Assembly: GCA_008632985.1 (NCBI GenBank)
Contig: QPGO01000124.1
Span: 1-64,000, forward strand
Reading direction: 5' to 3'
DNA: 64,000 nt
Source: Psammoneis japonica
Taxonomy: Eukaryota
Positions 12,601 through 22,800 of the stretch are shown here, piece after piece. The first letter of the stretch is position 1. Each line of letters begins with the position of its first letter. The position numbers and the translations under genes were made by a program. Below the pieces are notes generated by a model. The model had not been told where the DNA came from, did no database searches, and saw nothing but the letters and a program-made list of their open reading frames with translations.

Positions 12601-12865
12601 CCTGTGGTGAAATGAATGCTTCACCGCAAGCCACGTTTAGTATCGTTCCATTGACGACGACTTGTTCCCAATTTTCCTCGTTAATCTGAGTTCCACGAAT
12701 GTGCTCGTACAAATTCACTGGTTTCTTTTTTGGGATCTTTAATTTGTTTCTCGCAATTTTCAAAACATCATGGAACGCAGAAGAATCATCTTTGACAACA
12801 ACAGCGGCAACAACTTTCCCCCGGTTGGCGCCGGCATTGCGACAAAGGCTGATTCGGACGGGCAT
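9680..12865 (-). CDS. Multidomain RNA repair enzyme: N-terminal small domain + HAD (NT5C-like) phosphatase + 2H phosphodiesterase + T4 Rnl1-like RNA ligase + P-loop polynucleotide kinase
   Basis: Intact intronless ORF. HAD: YVDLDGVLADFD and ILIDDR. 2H: LHVTLAH and AHMTIW. Rnl1: ECRGL, RRFHKFYN, EKLDG, TPLFE, EGVVM, YKIKTNWY. AAA_33/N4BP2-like kinase: LRGLPGSGKS, SADDFF, VDNTN, HNVP..VI.RM..RWE. Confidence 0.9.
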   Translation of the reverse strand: MPVRISLCRNAGANRGKVVAAVVVKDDSSAFHDVLKIARNKLKIPKKKPVNLYEHIRGTQINEENWEQVVVNGTILNVACGEAFISPQGIVLTEDSSTELSDVPTPPRWPAPFGNSALDVKRNEAPRRIPKSPHAVVYVDLDGVLADFDRGIAELCGGRSPEQMSPTEMWQAIGDAEDFFGSLAWTEKGQDLFDAIQSMFGEDHIEILSAGQGKFGDQKKRWCQKHLGSIKVNICTSIREKPRWSRKGCILIDDRLDLKTPWENRGGRFVHHISLKETLTALQQLSDEKLPAVETTSNNLWPCKKVEYVALDVDPFDHEEILGNLPTELKKRIDKSGRVANLHVTLAHMNQVSQEEMRKVFGGLEGEKVDVEVRGLLWSKSIAALDVAIAEKSRRCKDIPRSLNRFAHMTIWHQASTKASEANDLPRQVQGGHARETSFGKPIRLVLTLTYTNDSTMPTRMNRRRSPFADLSGDVLNHFKRLSRTNRYIQLRRYDEHISVDYTDLAAFQTGDVSDIRLKECRGLLVSPIDGTVLARRFHKFYNVHEVLESDHGTGIDVRGCLLLEKLDGFLVSPFLSPVSGRVRWATRQEISPAAETFVARTPSCDFESFSKYWMDQRFTPLFECINRSQQKGVVTYDRDKMVLIAIRHMDTGLYVDWEEAAASAKQFNLPTARTISLPVGQAQTLEGILAFVRNNLSIKEEIEGVVMVLADGQSRYKIKTNWYLNNVKLHLKKPSRLKESSTVEPPLLTWGGLQCSHWTEIPNQLLWELALWKWLCDESINDDLLPDYVHRLNLATNCPIDILLYFIETTRVAVVQLDQDLAYWASNEIVQRNQGLALRQALSAGWETGLVQSYLTMSKDSTNGLRPLVSFLWSKIIQKSEWGALQRLLSIDFVRLSDLSTDVGLLFQTVFDNKNANKDQTTIILRGLPGSGKSHFARQVLAPYLAPSSVEIVSADDFFVTHRGYEFDESRLGAAHADCRERFMTSTASIRIVDNTNSTLQEYAFYKRKSQQPVLVFEIHRKPSINTNDHNVPQVVINRMKRRWENDSDAIHVQNFHRCY

Positions 12866-13587
12866 CAAAGACTGATTACTGCAGTGTGTTCGAATTTTTT
12901 CGCGTGTTTTCTTGATATGAATTCAATGTAATGGGGGCGTTCTGGATCTGGATGGATGGGGAGGGTACACCCGCTCCAGACGTGCATTATCTGGGCGCCA
13001 GACGTGAACACACGGAAGAAACGGGAGCAAAAAAGATTTCGTCAGTGCTTGGAATGTTCACTTTAGATACTTCAATCCTGCGCATCTTGTACCGGCATGC
13101 GTACTTCAGTGGTTTATGAGAAATACCACATCAAGTGAATCAAAAGCGAATAAGTCTCAAATAGAAACATTGATTCAAGTCCTCCCTGTCAGATGAGATA
13201 CGAACGATGATAGGTGTCCCAATCTTGCGTTTTGGATGCCGGAATCGATGCCATGATAATACGAAGGACAATCACAAATCTGTGCGTTTATGTTTGTGTT
13301 TTTCGGAGCGGCCGCCATTGTCGTCGACCTGCCCCGGCTCCTTTCCCGTTGTCGGAGGGAGATTTTGGATTTTCTTTTGTACAGTATGGGGTAAGCCGCG
13401 CGTTCGCACGCACACCAACATCGAACAGAACACGGCGGAAGGCGGAACACTCGTGTAGTGCGACTGACTCTGCGCTATGCGACGGTTGAGGTTGTTGCTG
13501 GTTATTGCTGGCGTTTGTCGGAAGTGGACTCTTCACTCGATCTTTGCGTCAAGTCTGGTGTGTTCTTTTTCTTTAACAAACTCTACA

Positions 13588-14556
13588 ATGCTTGCTCGTC
13601 TGCTGGGGGTGCTTCTCTCAGCTTCCTTTGTCAGTTCTGCCCAAGCTTGGTCGTCGTCACTACCCTCCTCCTGGAGTCGCAATCAACAACCGGCTTTTAC
13701 GGGACAAGCCCCCGTGGATGTATATGACGCTACGGTTGAGCTTCTATGGCATTATACGAATGAAAAAAGAAGCCAGTATGGGTTAAGCCAGCTTCGATAC
13801 GACAGCGAACTTTCCAAGGCAGCACAGCAGCATGCGGTGTGTATGGCACGAAACGGGTACTTCTCTCATACCGGCTACACAGGATCAACTCTGGGGGATC
13901 GAGTCAAAACGACAAGCTACCGTTATAGATCGATTGGCGAGAATCTTTTCATGCAACAACCGAACAACAGTCCAGTAGCCGCAGTGGATGGATGGATGAC
14001 GTCGAAAGGCCATCGAGAGAATCTTCTCAACCCAGACTTTACTGAGGTCGGTTACGGATATTGTCCGGTAGGTGACACCCACTACTACGTCCAGGTGTTT
14101 GGCAAACCGATTGGCACCCCAGCAGTGCAGGGTGAGGGTGACACTCGAGAAATTCTGTATCTTTTGACGAATCAAGCGCGAAGGAACTCAAACTTGCATT
14201 ATCTGAGCTCGTCAGCCGAGCTTAACGCTGTGGCACAACAGCATGCGGAAAACGCTGCTCGCCGGGGTTCATTTTCATCCATTGATGACATTCGTCGCCC
14301 AGAGAAGTATCAATACAGTTTCTTTGCGGCAGGCTTTTTCCAGAGTGAACCCTTCAATGACCCGTACAGTGCAGTAAAAGGGTGGCTTGAGAAGCCTAAC
14401 TCCTCACTCTTGAGTGGTCAGTTCACCGATATGGGAGTTGGCCATGCTGTCTCAGGAGAATCCCATTACTATGTACAAGTGTTTGGTACTCCATCGCATG
14501 AAGGACCTCCGCAGACTCGCTTGATGGGCGGCGACAGCCGTCGCGTCTACTATTGA
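13588..14556 (+). CDS. Secreted protein with two tandem CAP/SCP (YkwD-like) domains
   Basis: Signal peptide MLARLLGVLLSASFVSSAQA. First domain TNEKRSQYGL..L.YDSELSKAAQQHA..MA..GYFSH...GENL...W..SKGHRENLLNPDF.EVGYG...YYVQVFG. A second degenerate copy also ends YYVQVFG. Confidence 0.9.
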   Translation: MLARLLGVLLSASFVSSAQAWSSSLPSSWSRNQQPAFTGQAPVDVYDATVELLWHYTNEKRSQYGLSQLRYDSELSKAAQQHAVCMARNGYFSHTGYTGSTLGDRVKTTSYRYRSIGENLFMQQPNNSPVAAVDGWMTSKGHRENLLNPDFTEVGYGYCPVGDTHYYVQVFGKPIGTPAVQGEGDTREILYLLTNQARRNSNLHYLSSSAELNAVAQQHAENAARRGSFSSIDDIRRPEKYQYSFFAAGFFQSEPFNDPYSAVKGWLEKPNSSLLSGQFTDMGVGHAVSGESHYYVQVFGTPSHEGPPQTRLMGGDSRRVYY

Positions 14557-15017
14557 CCGCTCTGAATAGCCTTTGTGTACAATGAAGTCGTCTCGACAAT
14601 GCAACTGTCGTCTTCTTCACAAGCACTGCTCAGAAATGAAATGGAATACTTCCATGAAAGTATCTATATCTCCAATTGATGAAGGAGTTTCATGGCTTGT
14701 CAGAGGCGTCGACATGAGCTTTAGCTTCGGTGGGGGGTGGTATGATTTGCAAAGGGGTACGGAGCTGTCGAAAAACGCAGTACACATGCATAGGCCCTCG
14801 AGGCCGTGAAGCAGACGAGAAGTGTTCATGTAGATAGAAGCATCGGTTCGCCATGGATTCAAACGTACTCCATAGAATTTGTTCCGTTGCTGGTATTTTA
14901 TGTATCGACAGCTACTCTTAAGTAAAAGACAATTATGAAGTTTAAGGCCCACCAGTCAACTTACGAGATTTGGAAACAGAAACAAGGAGCGATAAGCAAC
15001 CGCATGCGACACTGACA

Positions 15018-15746
15018 CTACTGCTCAACTTGCTCCATCTGGCCTTCTTTGACAGCTTCTCCTAATTGGCCTGCCTCTTGAGGTGGGGTCTCCTTATCAT
15101 GGCTAAGCCAATACTCATCCTTGTGGACTAGCTCGATGATGTGACGCCCTTCGTCAGCCGCGTTCTTTCTGAACAATCGGGGTTTTGCCAACATGCCTTC
15201 GGGGTAGCCACAAAGGTTTTGGTGAGCATCCTCAGCCTCCTTGAATTGCTCACGCAACTTCATCTGGTAGTGGTGACGGAGCTTGCCTTGTTCCGACGTG
15301 TCCTTCCCACCAAAAGGATTCTTCACCGCAGGAAGTAGGCGCTTTTCTTCCTTGGGACGAAGGGCATCCTTGATCGCTTCATGTGCCTCCTCCACGTCTT
15401 TCCAAGGTTGGTTGAGAGCCGAGGTGATCACGTCAGCCCTTTTCTCAAGCTCGTCCCACACTGGTACTTGTCTTTTCTTCAGGTCATTCACCTCCTGGTT
15501 GAAATGTTCGACAGTCCACTCCTTGCTGAGAACCTTGCGCTTTCCGGACGCCCAAACCTTCTTATCCTCAAGCCACAGCTCTTCCGCATAGTAACGCAAA
15601 TCTTCAGCCTTTTCTTTCTCCTCGTTGACAACTTTCTTCCAAGCGCTAAGCGCGTCTTCGGCCTTCTCAATGAGATTCGTCGCATCTACGTGAGGAGCTT
15701 CGTCGGCTCCATCCGCCGCTGTTGTCTCGGGTTTGGTCGTCTCCAT
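15018..15746 (-). CDS. Hypothetical charged/coiled-coil protein
   Basis: Clean E/K-rich ORF starting METTKPETT with coding-like codon usage. No family recognised. Confidence 0.75.
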   Translation of the reverse strand: METTKPETTAADGADEAPHVDATNLIEKAEDALSAWKKVVNEEKEKAEDLRYYAEELWLEDKKVWASGKRKVLSKEWTVEHFNQEVNDLKKRQVPVWDELEKRADVITSALNQPWKDVEEAHEAIKDALRPKEEKRLLPAVKNPFGGKDTSEQGKLRHHYQMKLREQFKEAEDAHQNLCGYPEGMLAKPRLFRKNAADEGRHIIELVHKDEYWLSHDKETPPQEAGQLGEAVKEGQMEQVEQ

Positions 15747-16114
15747 TGTTACAAGTGCAGTTGATAGATGTTTTTTTGTGAAATTGGGAGATGAGAACCC
15801 CACCATCACTTCGAGGGCTCAAGATCCAACAATGATGCAATTGCGACAGAATTGCGACATGACCTTCTCTCAGAAGAAATCGGGTGTCACATTGACATCA
15901 TAATGCGTGACACAACATCCAAGACTCGACTTCGCCGACTAAATCGACCACCTCGACCAAATTACAAGGGCGCCAGCTTCATCAACGATGGCCCCATCTC
16001 CACCAGGTGTTGACCTGCTTTCGAAAACAGTACAGTACTAGAATTCTGAGGCACCCACGCCTTGGAAACTACCTGAGACCAACACGAATTCACCGCCTGT
16101 ACTGTTGTGGGTCC

Positions 16115-17357
16115 CTACCAATTCCACAAGCGAGAAAAATGATGTGTCAAGTCTTCCCTGAATCGCAACCACTTTGCCTTCAAGGAAGAATCATTGCTGC
16201 GATAGCCAGCTCTGCGACACTTGTGTTCATACCCATATGGTTTACCATACATGACGGCATTGTCGGGCGCAAAAAGTGCCATCGTGATGAATCTTAGTGG
16301 AGCGTCGCCCCATCGTTCTCGAAATACACCAAAGGGTTCCGCTTCCGTCACTCTCTCATGCCATTTCTGCACATCAAACCGCTGCATAAAGGACACTCGA
16401 CTCACTTCAAAGTGGTTTTTAAAGGTTGGTATTGTGGAATCATCAGCTAGTCGCTGCAACACACGCCACAAACGCTTGTTTGCAGGTACAATGCTTTCCT
16501 TCTTGATATATTGTTGCGTGATGTTCCATAATCCGTCGATTTGTGAGCGTTCTAATCTATTCAAGTTGAGAAACGACCAGTATATGGCATCATCGGTTGG
16601 AAGACTTGGCAAGGATCGATGATTGCGAGGCAAATATCCATGAAGGGCTTTGGCGTAGCAGGCGTCGGAATCCAATCTCAGAATGGTATCGTAGTCTTGT
16701 ATGGCCTCATGAGTCCAAATCTTGGAAATCCAAAACCTACACATTTGATGATATCCCCACTTTTAGTGGCGTCAACAAAGTGAGATGTGACAGAAAGATG
16801 AAAACCGTGAGACGATCGGCAGCCTACCCTACGCGAACAGCACAGCTTACCTTGGTCCGTTTCTGCCAGTTGGGTGTCTCTATTTCTGGATTGAAACCGA
16901 CCGGATAAGAGGTAAAATTGACGGTTGGGAAGAATAAAGGACGGCATTGACCATCAGAACTGCAAGAACATTTCCTCAATCGGTCCTTCGTTGCTTCGTT
17001 CAAATCGTTGGGTTCATGAAATACCAACACGGGTGCAGGAGATGCGGACGACATGGCTACATGTTTTCTTGTTGTTTTTCGCTTTCTAGTAAAATCTGGT
17101 AGATTTTCTAAGGATTCCAAAGCTATACACAAGTCGTCCATGTCCCGCTTTCGTCCCCCAACAAGTGTGGCAATTGCTGCATTCGTTTGTTTCGCACTCT
17201 CTCGTGCTGAGTTTGGCGAGAGCCAAAATTGAGTCAATATGGCTAGAAACACCAGACCCGACAATAGAAATCTTCGATATGATGCAAGCAACCGAATCAG
17301 TACAGAATGTGATGCCAACTCTGAGGATCTGGCTCTGACGCGTGCAATCACCGCCAT
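16115..17357 (-). CDS. Glycosyltransferase family 15 (KRE2/MNT1-like alpha-1,2-mannosyltransferase), type II membrane protein, one intron (16760-16850)
   Basis: N-terminal TM segment. Splicing GT..AG joins KRTK|WGYHQMCRFW. Motifs YDTILRLDSD, NHFEVSRVSF and ERWGDAP are typical of GT15. Confidence 0.85.
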
Positions 17358-17630
17358 GGTATTGCTTTGAGCTTACCCATGGGCCTACCGCGGTTTCTTC
17401 TTTTGCTCCCGAAAAATGGCGACAGACAGACAAACATCATACATGTTATTATATTAGACATCTACACCATGCCATCCTATCGTATCCTACCAGTAATCCT
17501 GCCTACTCTCTACTTGCTAGCTCTGGCTAGCTAGAGGGTACCTCTTGCTTTCGATCATTTCTAATTTCGAAAGCACAGTATCCTCGAGGGGAAAGCTATT
17601 ACAGTTGCACTTTCTAAGCATTGTTTGCCA

Positions 17631-19125
17631 TTAGTTGCATCGTATTTGGTAGCGTCCGCTTTCGGCAATGTTTCTCACTCCTTTGTAAGGTCGATAACTC
17701 TCCCCCGTCATGCTGAGGCCGCTGACACTCAACCCACTAACAGATGCAAGGGGAATCTTCCATTTCAGCGTAAGGTTCTGGTTCTCCTCTGGTCGTTTCG
17801 GGCCGTCCAATACCATTGTACCGTCCAGACGAGGTTTCTTTAACGTGTCGAGCTTTCCAATTGTCCACTTGGCAACCTTGGCCGCCTCATCATAGATCAC
17901 ATGCCCCACGGTCACGTTCAACTTGGTTGTGTTTACAGCTTTAGGAAAAGGAATAATTACAGCTACATCCTCCAACACCACCGGTCCTTTGCGAGAAGCG
18001 GAGAAAATAAGCGAACTAATCGATTGAACGCCCACATCAAGAACAATACGCCCACTGACGGAAGAAGCACCACCACCGGATGCTGCGGTTGAGTCTCCAT
18101 AGCTCCACTGTGGTTTGCAATGAATGGGTGGAGTAAACAGACGAGCGGCACTGTTTCGGACACGATATTTCATCAACTCAAAGTCGCCGTCGGGAGGTAC
18201 AAAAGAAACAACTCTGTCCATTTCATACCGTCCATATCGCACACATGGGTGAAAGGAGCAATCATCAATGACATCTGGATCCTTAAAGGTCAAGAGCAAA
18301 TCCGGAACTCCACTAAGATGGGATTGCACCTGAATCGATCCGGACACATCTGAGCTGACTACATTGCCGGCAACATCGACAATGGCATCGATTTCTTCCT
18401 TGATGTCAACATAGATTTCGTTCTGGGAATACTTGACTCCAGCTGCACGCCACGGCATGTTGGATATAGTTCCGCTCGGTAAAGCGTCTGAAACAATAGC
18501 ATTGGAGCCTCCGGTTACAACACTTTGTATCTAGCCACGAGCAGAGAGAAGATAGAGCGCCTGATAAGAGGTACAATTCTCTAGCTAGGAAGCACTCATA
18601 GTATAATACACTTCTTTCAAAACACACCTTTCCCATTACTGTCGGTGGTCGAATCATTGCCTTGAGAGCATTCGGCTCCACAGTTAGCGGCCACCCGTAG
18701 TCGACCATCTCTTCCAACAGCTGATAAACAGTGCTGAAATTGTCCTTGATCGCACTCTCATCTGCAGGAGAACCAAAGTAGTCCACAAATATGTCTGCTA
18801 CTCGATGCAAAAATTCCAATACCAGCAACGGACTGACTTCAGCGGGGCACACGGCTAGATAAGACAAGCCGTCTCGCAAAACATGAAACAGGTACAGGGT
18901 GCCGTGGTTGGTTTCTGGTACTTCCATGACGGGCGGAACAGTGAGATTCACATTGTCATCAAATGGAATAACAGAGCTGGCAGTCGAAAGTCCACCGTGG
19001 TGATTCAGCGAGACAGATGCTTGTTCCCAAAAGTAATCGCAAACAGCACGAGAAGTCACACCGCGAAAGTGTCGCTCAATCAGTACCTCTCCGGTGGGGG
19101 AAAGAATGAACAGAGACTGAATCAT
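17631..19125 (-). CDS. AP3M: AP-3 adaptor complex mu subunit, one intron (18531-18627)
   Basis: MIQSLFILSPTGEVLIERHFRG; DNFSTVYQLLEEMVDYGWP; PWR..GVKYSQNEIYVD; DDCSFHPCVRY; SFVPPDGDFELMKY; PYKGVR. Confidence 0.93.
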
Positions 19126-19850
19126 TGTTTCAGAAGCAGAAAATAGGTGGGGATTCAGACGAGCCTGTGTACAAAACGGTATTGGCGATGAGTATCTCAG
19201 CCAGTTGATGTGGTCGGTGGTTGTTGGCAGCCTCACAGCCTCACCGCCATTTTGCGGTTTTAGCCCGTGGTTCGTGGTTTTTTGTTTTTTCACCTGCCTT
19301 GTGCAGTCGCACCGATGGACGGACGGGCCGGTTCTTGGCTTGAGTGCGTGCGTCGTACGTCTTCTGGAGGCAAAGCTAAAAAGTACTACTGTAATACCGG
19401 TACGTAACTTCTAAATGCTCTTAGCTCTAGCTGTAGAAGTAGCTACTGGAGAGTAGAGTACTAGCTAGAGTAGTACGGTAGCTACTACTTTTAGAGTCTA
19501 GAGTAGAGAGGGTCCTACATAAACATGTAGGGCCTAGCTATAGGGAGGGCCACTGGTTTCATACTGTAGAGACTAGAAAACACCTTCCTCGGTACGAGAG
19601 CGAGAGAGTAGACTACAGGGGGTTAGACCTAGTAGCCTAGGGCCCCACTACTAACTCCTTCTGGAGAGTATAGTACCCTAGTAAAGCTTTGCATAAGAAG
19701 TTTGGAGTCGCAAGAATGCGAGGAACAAGAAGCGCCGTTTTGCGAAGTGTGGCAATGGGATTCGAAAATTGTTGTGCATTAGTTGCAAAGAACATAGCAA
19801 AATGTAGCACAAGAATGTAGCAAATGCAGCACAAGACCAGATGCTAAGAG

Positions 19851-22800
19851 CTAGAGTAGCATGGTCCTGAACAAATCGACACTGCAATCATCACGATCAG
19901 CTTCTTTGGCTTTTTTCTCACGTGGATTCGAGCTCCCGAATAAATCGACACTGCAATCATCGCCACCAGAATCTTTGGCTTTTTCCTCACGGTAGTGACG
20001 GGGATTCGACCTCCTGAATACACCACGAACCCCTTTGGCTGATTTTTTTGCTTTACTGTCGAAATGAGAATTCGAGGCATGTTCTTGTTTCGGACGCCAG
20101 GTGCTCTCCAACATTTCTGTGAGTCGAGCAAAGGGGATGCCGTGAAGTTCCACAAACTCAGCAAGTATCGCGTGGGCATCCTCTACCTCTTTCATTGCTT
20201 TGGATATCGACTCGTCAACGACACAGTGCTTGCTGATGTCGGGAAAAGTACCGGTAGAACATGTTGACGCGGTTTCCCATGTGGCGTCATCTCCGGATGC
20301 ACGACCTTCCCTTGTCGTAAAATCTTCAAAGGAGTCCCACTCTTCGTCGGTGAATGCCCACGACTGCTCGCCACTAACCCTGTTACTCGTCCTCTTGTTA
20401 TCAAACATTTCTTCAAACATGGGATTAAAGGCCTCCAGCCGTCGACGCCGTTCTCTCGCTCTTGCAGCAAGAGTAGCAGCTTTCGCTTTCTCCTTTTTGA
20501 ACTTGGCAAACTCCCTTTTCCACTTGGCGAACTCCGTAATATTCATGCCACCGCTAGAATTCAAAACATGGCTTTCATTTTGAATCTCTCTGTCTTTAGC
20601 TTTCTTCGCGGCGAACTCCTTCACAAGATAAGGTTTTTGGTCACCGAAGAGTATTTGGAATTCTAAAGAAAGGTCCTTCCCGTTGAAGAGTCTGTCGAGT
20701 ATGGCGTCGATGGTGTCTGCACTACAAGTTTTCTCAACCTCGTCTTTGCTGTTTTTGAATCTTTTCATCGCGTCGAAGTTGAGAGCGTAAACTGGTTTTG
20801 GCCCATCTTTGGTTCGTGGTATTTCTGAAAGACAGCCCTTCCCATCGCAAAGATTATCGACTACCTTGTCAAAGGGTTTTGCCTCGTCAACTTTCTCAAC
20901 ATTGTCATCGAGGACCTCAGATCTTTTGATCAGGTTAAAGTTGAGAGTATAGAGGCTGTCGTCGTCAACATCTCTGTATCTTGATTTCTTCGTAGCCCAG
21001 TGTTTTACGTGATATGGCTTTTCAATGTTGGTTGATGAACTTATGGAAGGCAAGTCCTTCCCACGGCAGAGGCGATCAACAACGCTGTCAAAGGGTTGTT
21101 GTGCCGCACCAGTTTCAGCTTCCTTGACCTTGTCTCCAAGAAGATTCTCGGACCCGTTCATCTTGTTGAAATTAAGGGTATAGAGAGTGTCGTCATCAAT
21201 CTCTCTGTATTGTGAATCCTTCGTAGCGCAGTGTTTCGCAAGATTTGGTTTCTCTGTTTTGGCTAGTGAGCTGTCGGAAGGAGAATCTGTCCTATGGCAG
21301 AGGCGATCAACCACTCCGCCAAAGGGCTTTGTCTCGCCAGAATCGGCTTTTTCAGTCTTATCAAGAGTATAGCAGCTGTCATTCATCTCTCGGTATCTTG
21401 ATTTCTTCGAGGCGTAGTGCGCCACACGATATGGTTTTTCATCGTTGGTTGGAGGACTGTCTTCTGAAGGACTTTCCTTCCCGTGGCAGAGGCGATCAAC
21501 CACGTTGTCAAAGGGTTCGGCCGCACTAGTATCAGCTGTTTGAATCTTGTCTTTGAGATTCTCCGATCCTTTCATCTGGTTAAAGTCAAGAGTATAGAGG
21601 CTATCTTCGTCGGCCTGTAGGTATCTTGGTTTCGTCGAAGCGAGGTGCTTTACATGATACGGTCTTTCAAATTTGGGTACAGAGCTGTCTGAAGGTGAAT
21701 CCGTCCCGGGGCAGAGGCGATCAACCACTCCGTCACAGGGCTTTGTCTCGCCAGAATAGGCTTTTTCAGCCTGATCTTCGAGATGACTCTCAGATCTTTT
21801 TATCTGGTTAAAGCCAAGAGTATAGAGGATGTCGTCGTCTGTCCCTCGGTATCCTGATTTCTTCAAAGCGAGTTTGGTTCGCTGGCTGCCAGCTGAAGGA
21901 CACACTTTCCTGTGCCCGTGATTAACCTTCTCATTCTTGATCTCGAGGTGCTTGGATCGTTTAATTGAGCTAACGTCTAGAGTATACAGGCTTTCATGAC
22001 CGTCCTCGTCAACCTCTATGTCAATTGGTTGCTCCTCGGCGAAGCTCTTTACAAGATACGGTTTTGGGCCATTGTTTGTTTGTGGGTTGTGTAAGCGAGA
22101 CCTCTTTTCGCAGAGGAAACGATCGAGTGTTCTGTCAAGGGATTGTAAAGTTTCAACTTTCTCGGTTTTGTATTCGAGGTCCTGGGGCCGTTTTCTTGAG
22201 CTAACGTCTAGAGTATACAGGCTTTCATGACCGTCCTCGTCAACCTCTATGTCGATTGGTTGCTCCTCGGCGAAGCTCTTTACAAGATACGGTTTTGGGC
22301 CATTGTTTGTTTGTGGGTTGTGTAAGCGAGACCTCTTTTCGCAGAGGAAACGATCGAGTGTTCTGTCAAAGGATTGTGAAGTTTCAACTTTCTCGGCTTT
22401 GTATTCGAGGTCCTGGGGCCGTTTTCTTGAGCTAACGTCTAGAGTATACAGGCTTTCATGACCGTCGTCATCAATCTCTATGTCAATTGGTTGCTCCTCG
22501 GCAAAGCTCTTCAAAAGATATGGTTTTGGGCCATTGTTTGTGTGTGGTTTGTGTAAGCGAGAGCTCTTTTCGCAGAGGAATCGATCGAGTGCACTCTCAA
22601 CGGGTTGTACAGTTTCAACTTTCTCGGTTTTGTCCTCGAGGTCCTTGGGTCGTTCTATTGAGCGAAAGTCTAGAGCATACAGGCTTTCATGACCGTCCTC
22701 GTCAATTTCTATGTGTATTGGTTGCTCCTCGGCAAAGCTCTTCAAAAGATATGGTTTTGGGCCAGTGTTTGTTGGTGAGGTGTTCAGGCGAGAGCTCTTT

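Noticed and set aside
19126..19293. Upstream in-frame extensions given by the ORF track for AP3M (also CAP 13477, DUF3067 44371, 15809)
   Set aside because: Downstream ATGs match the family N-terminus, a signal peptide, or the start of coding-like sequence. Most of the extensions begin at non-ATG codons.
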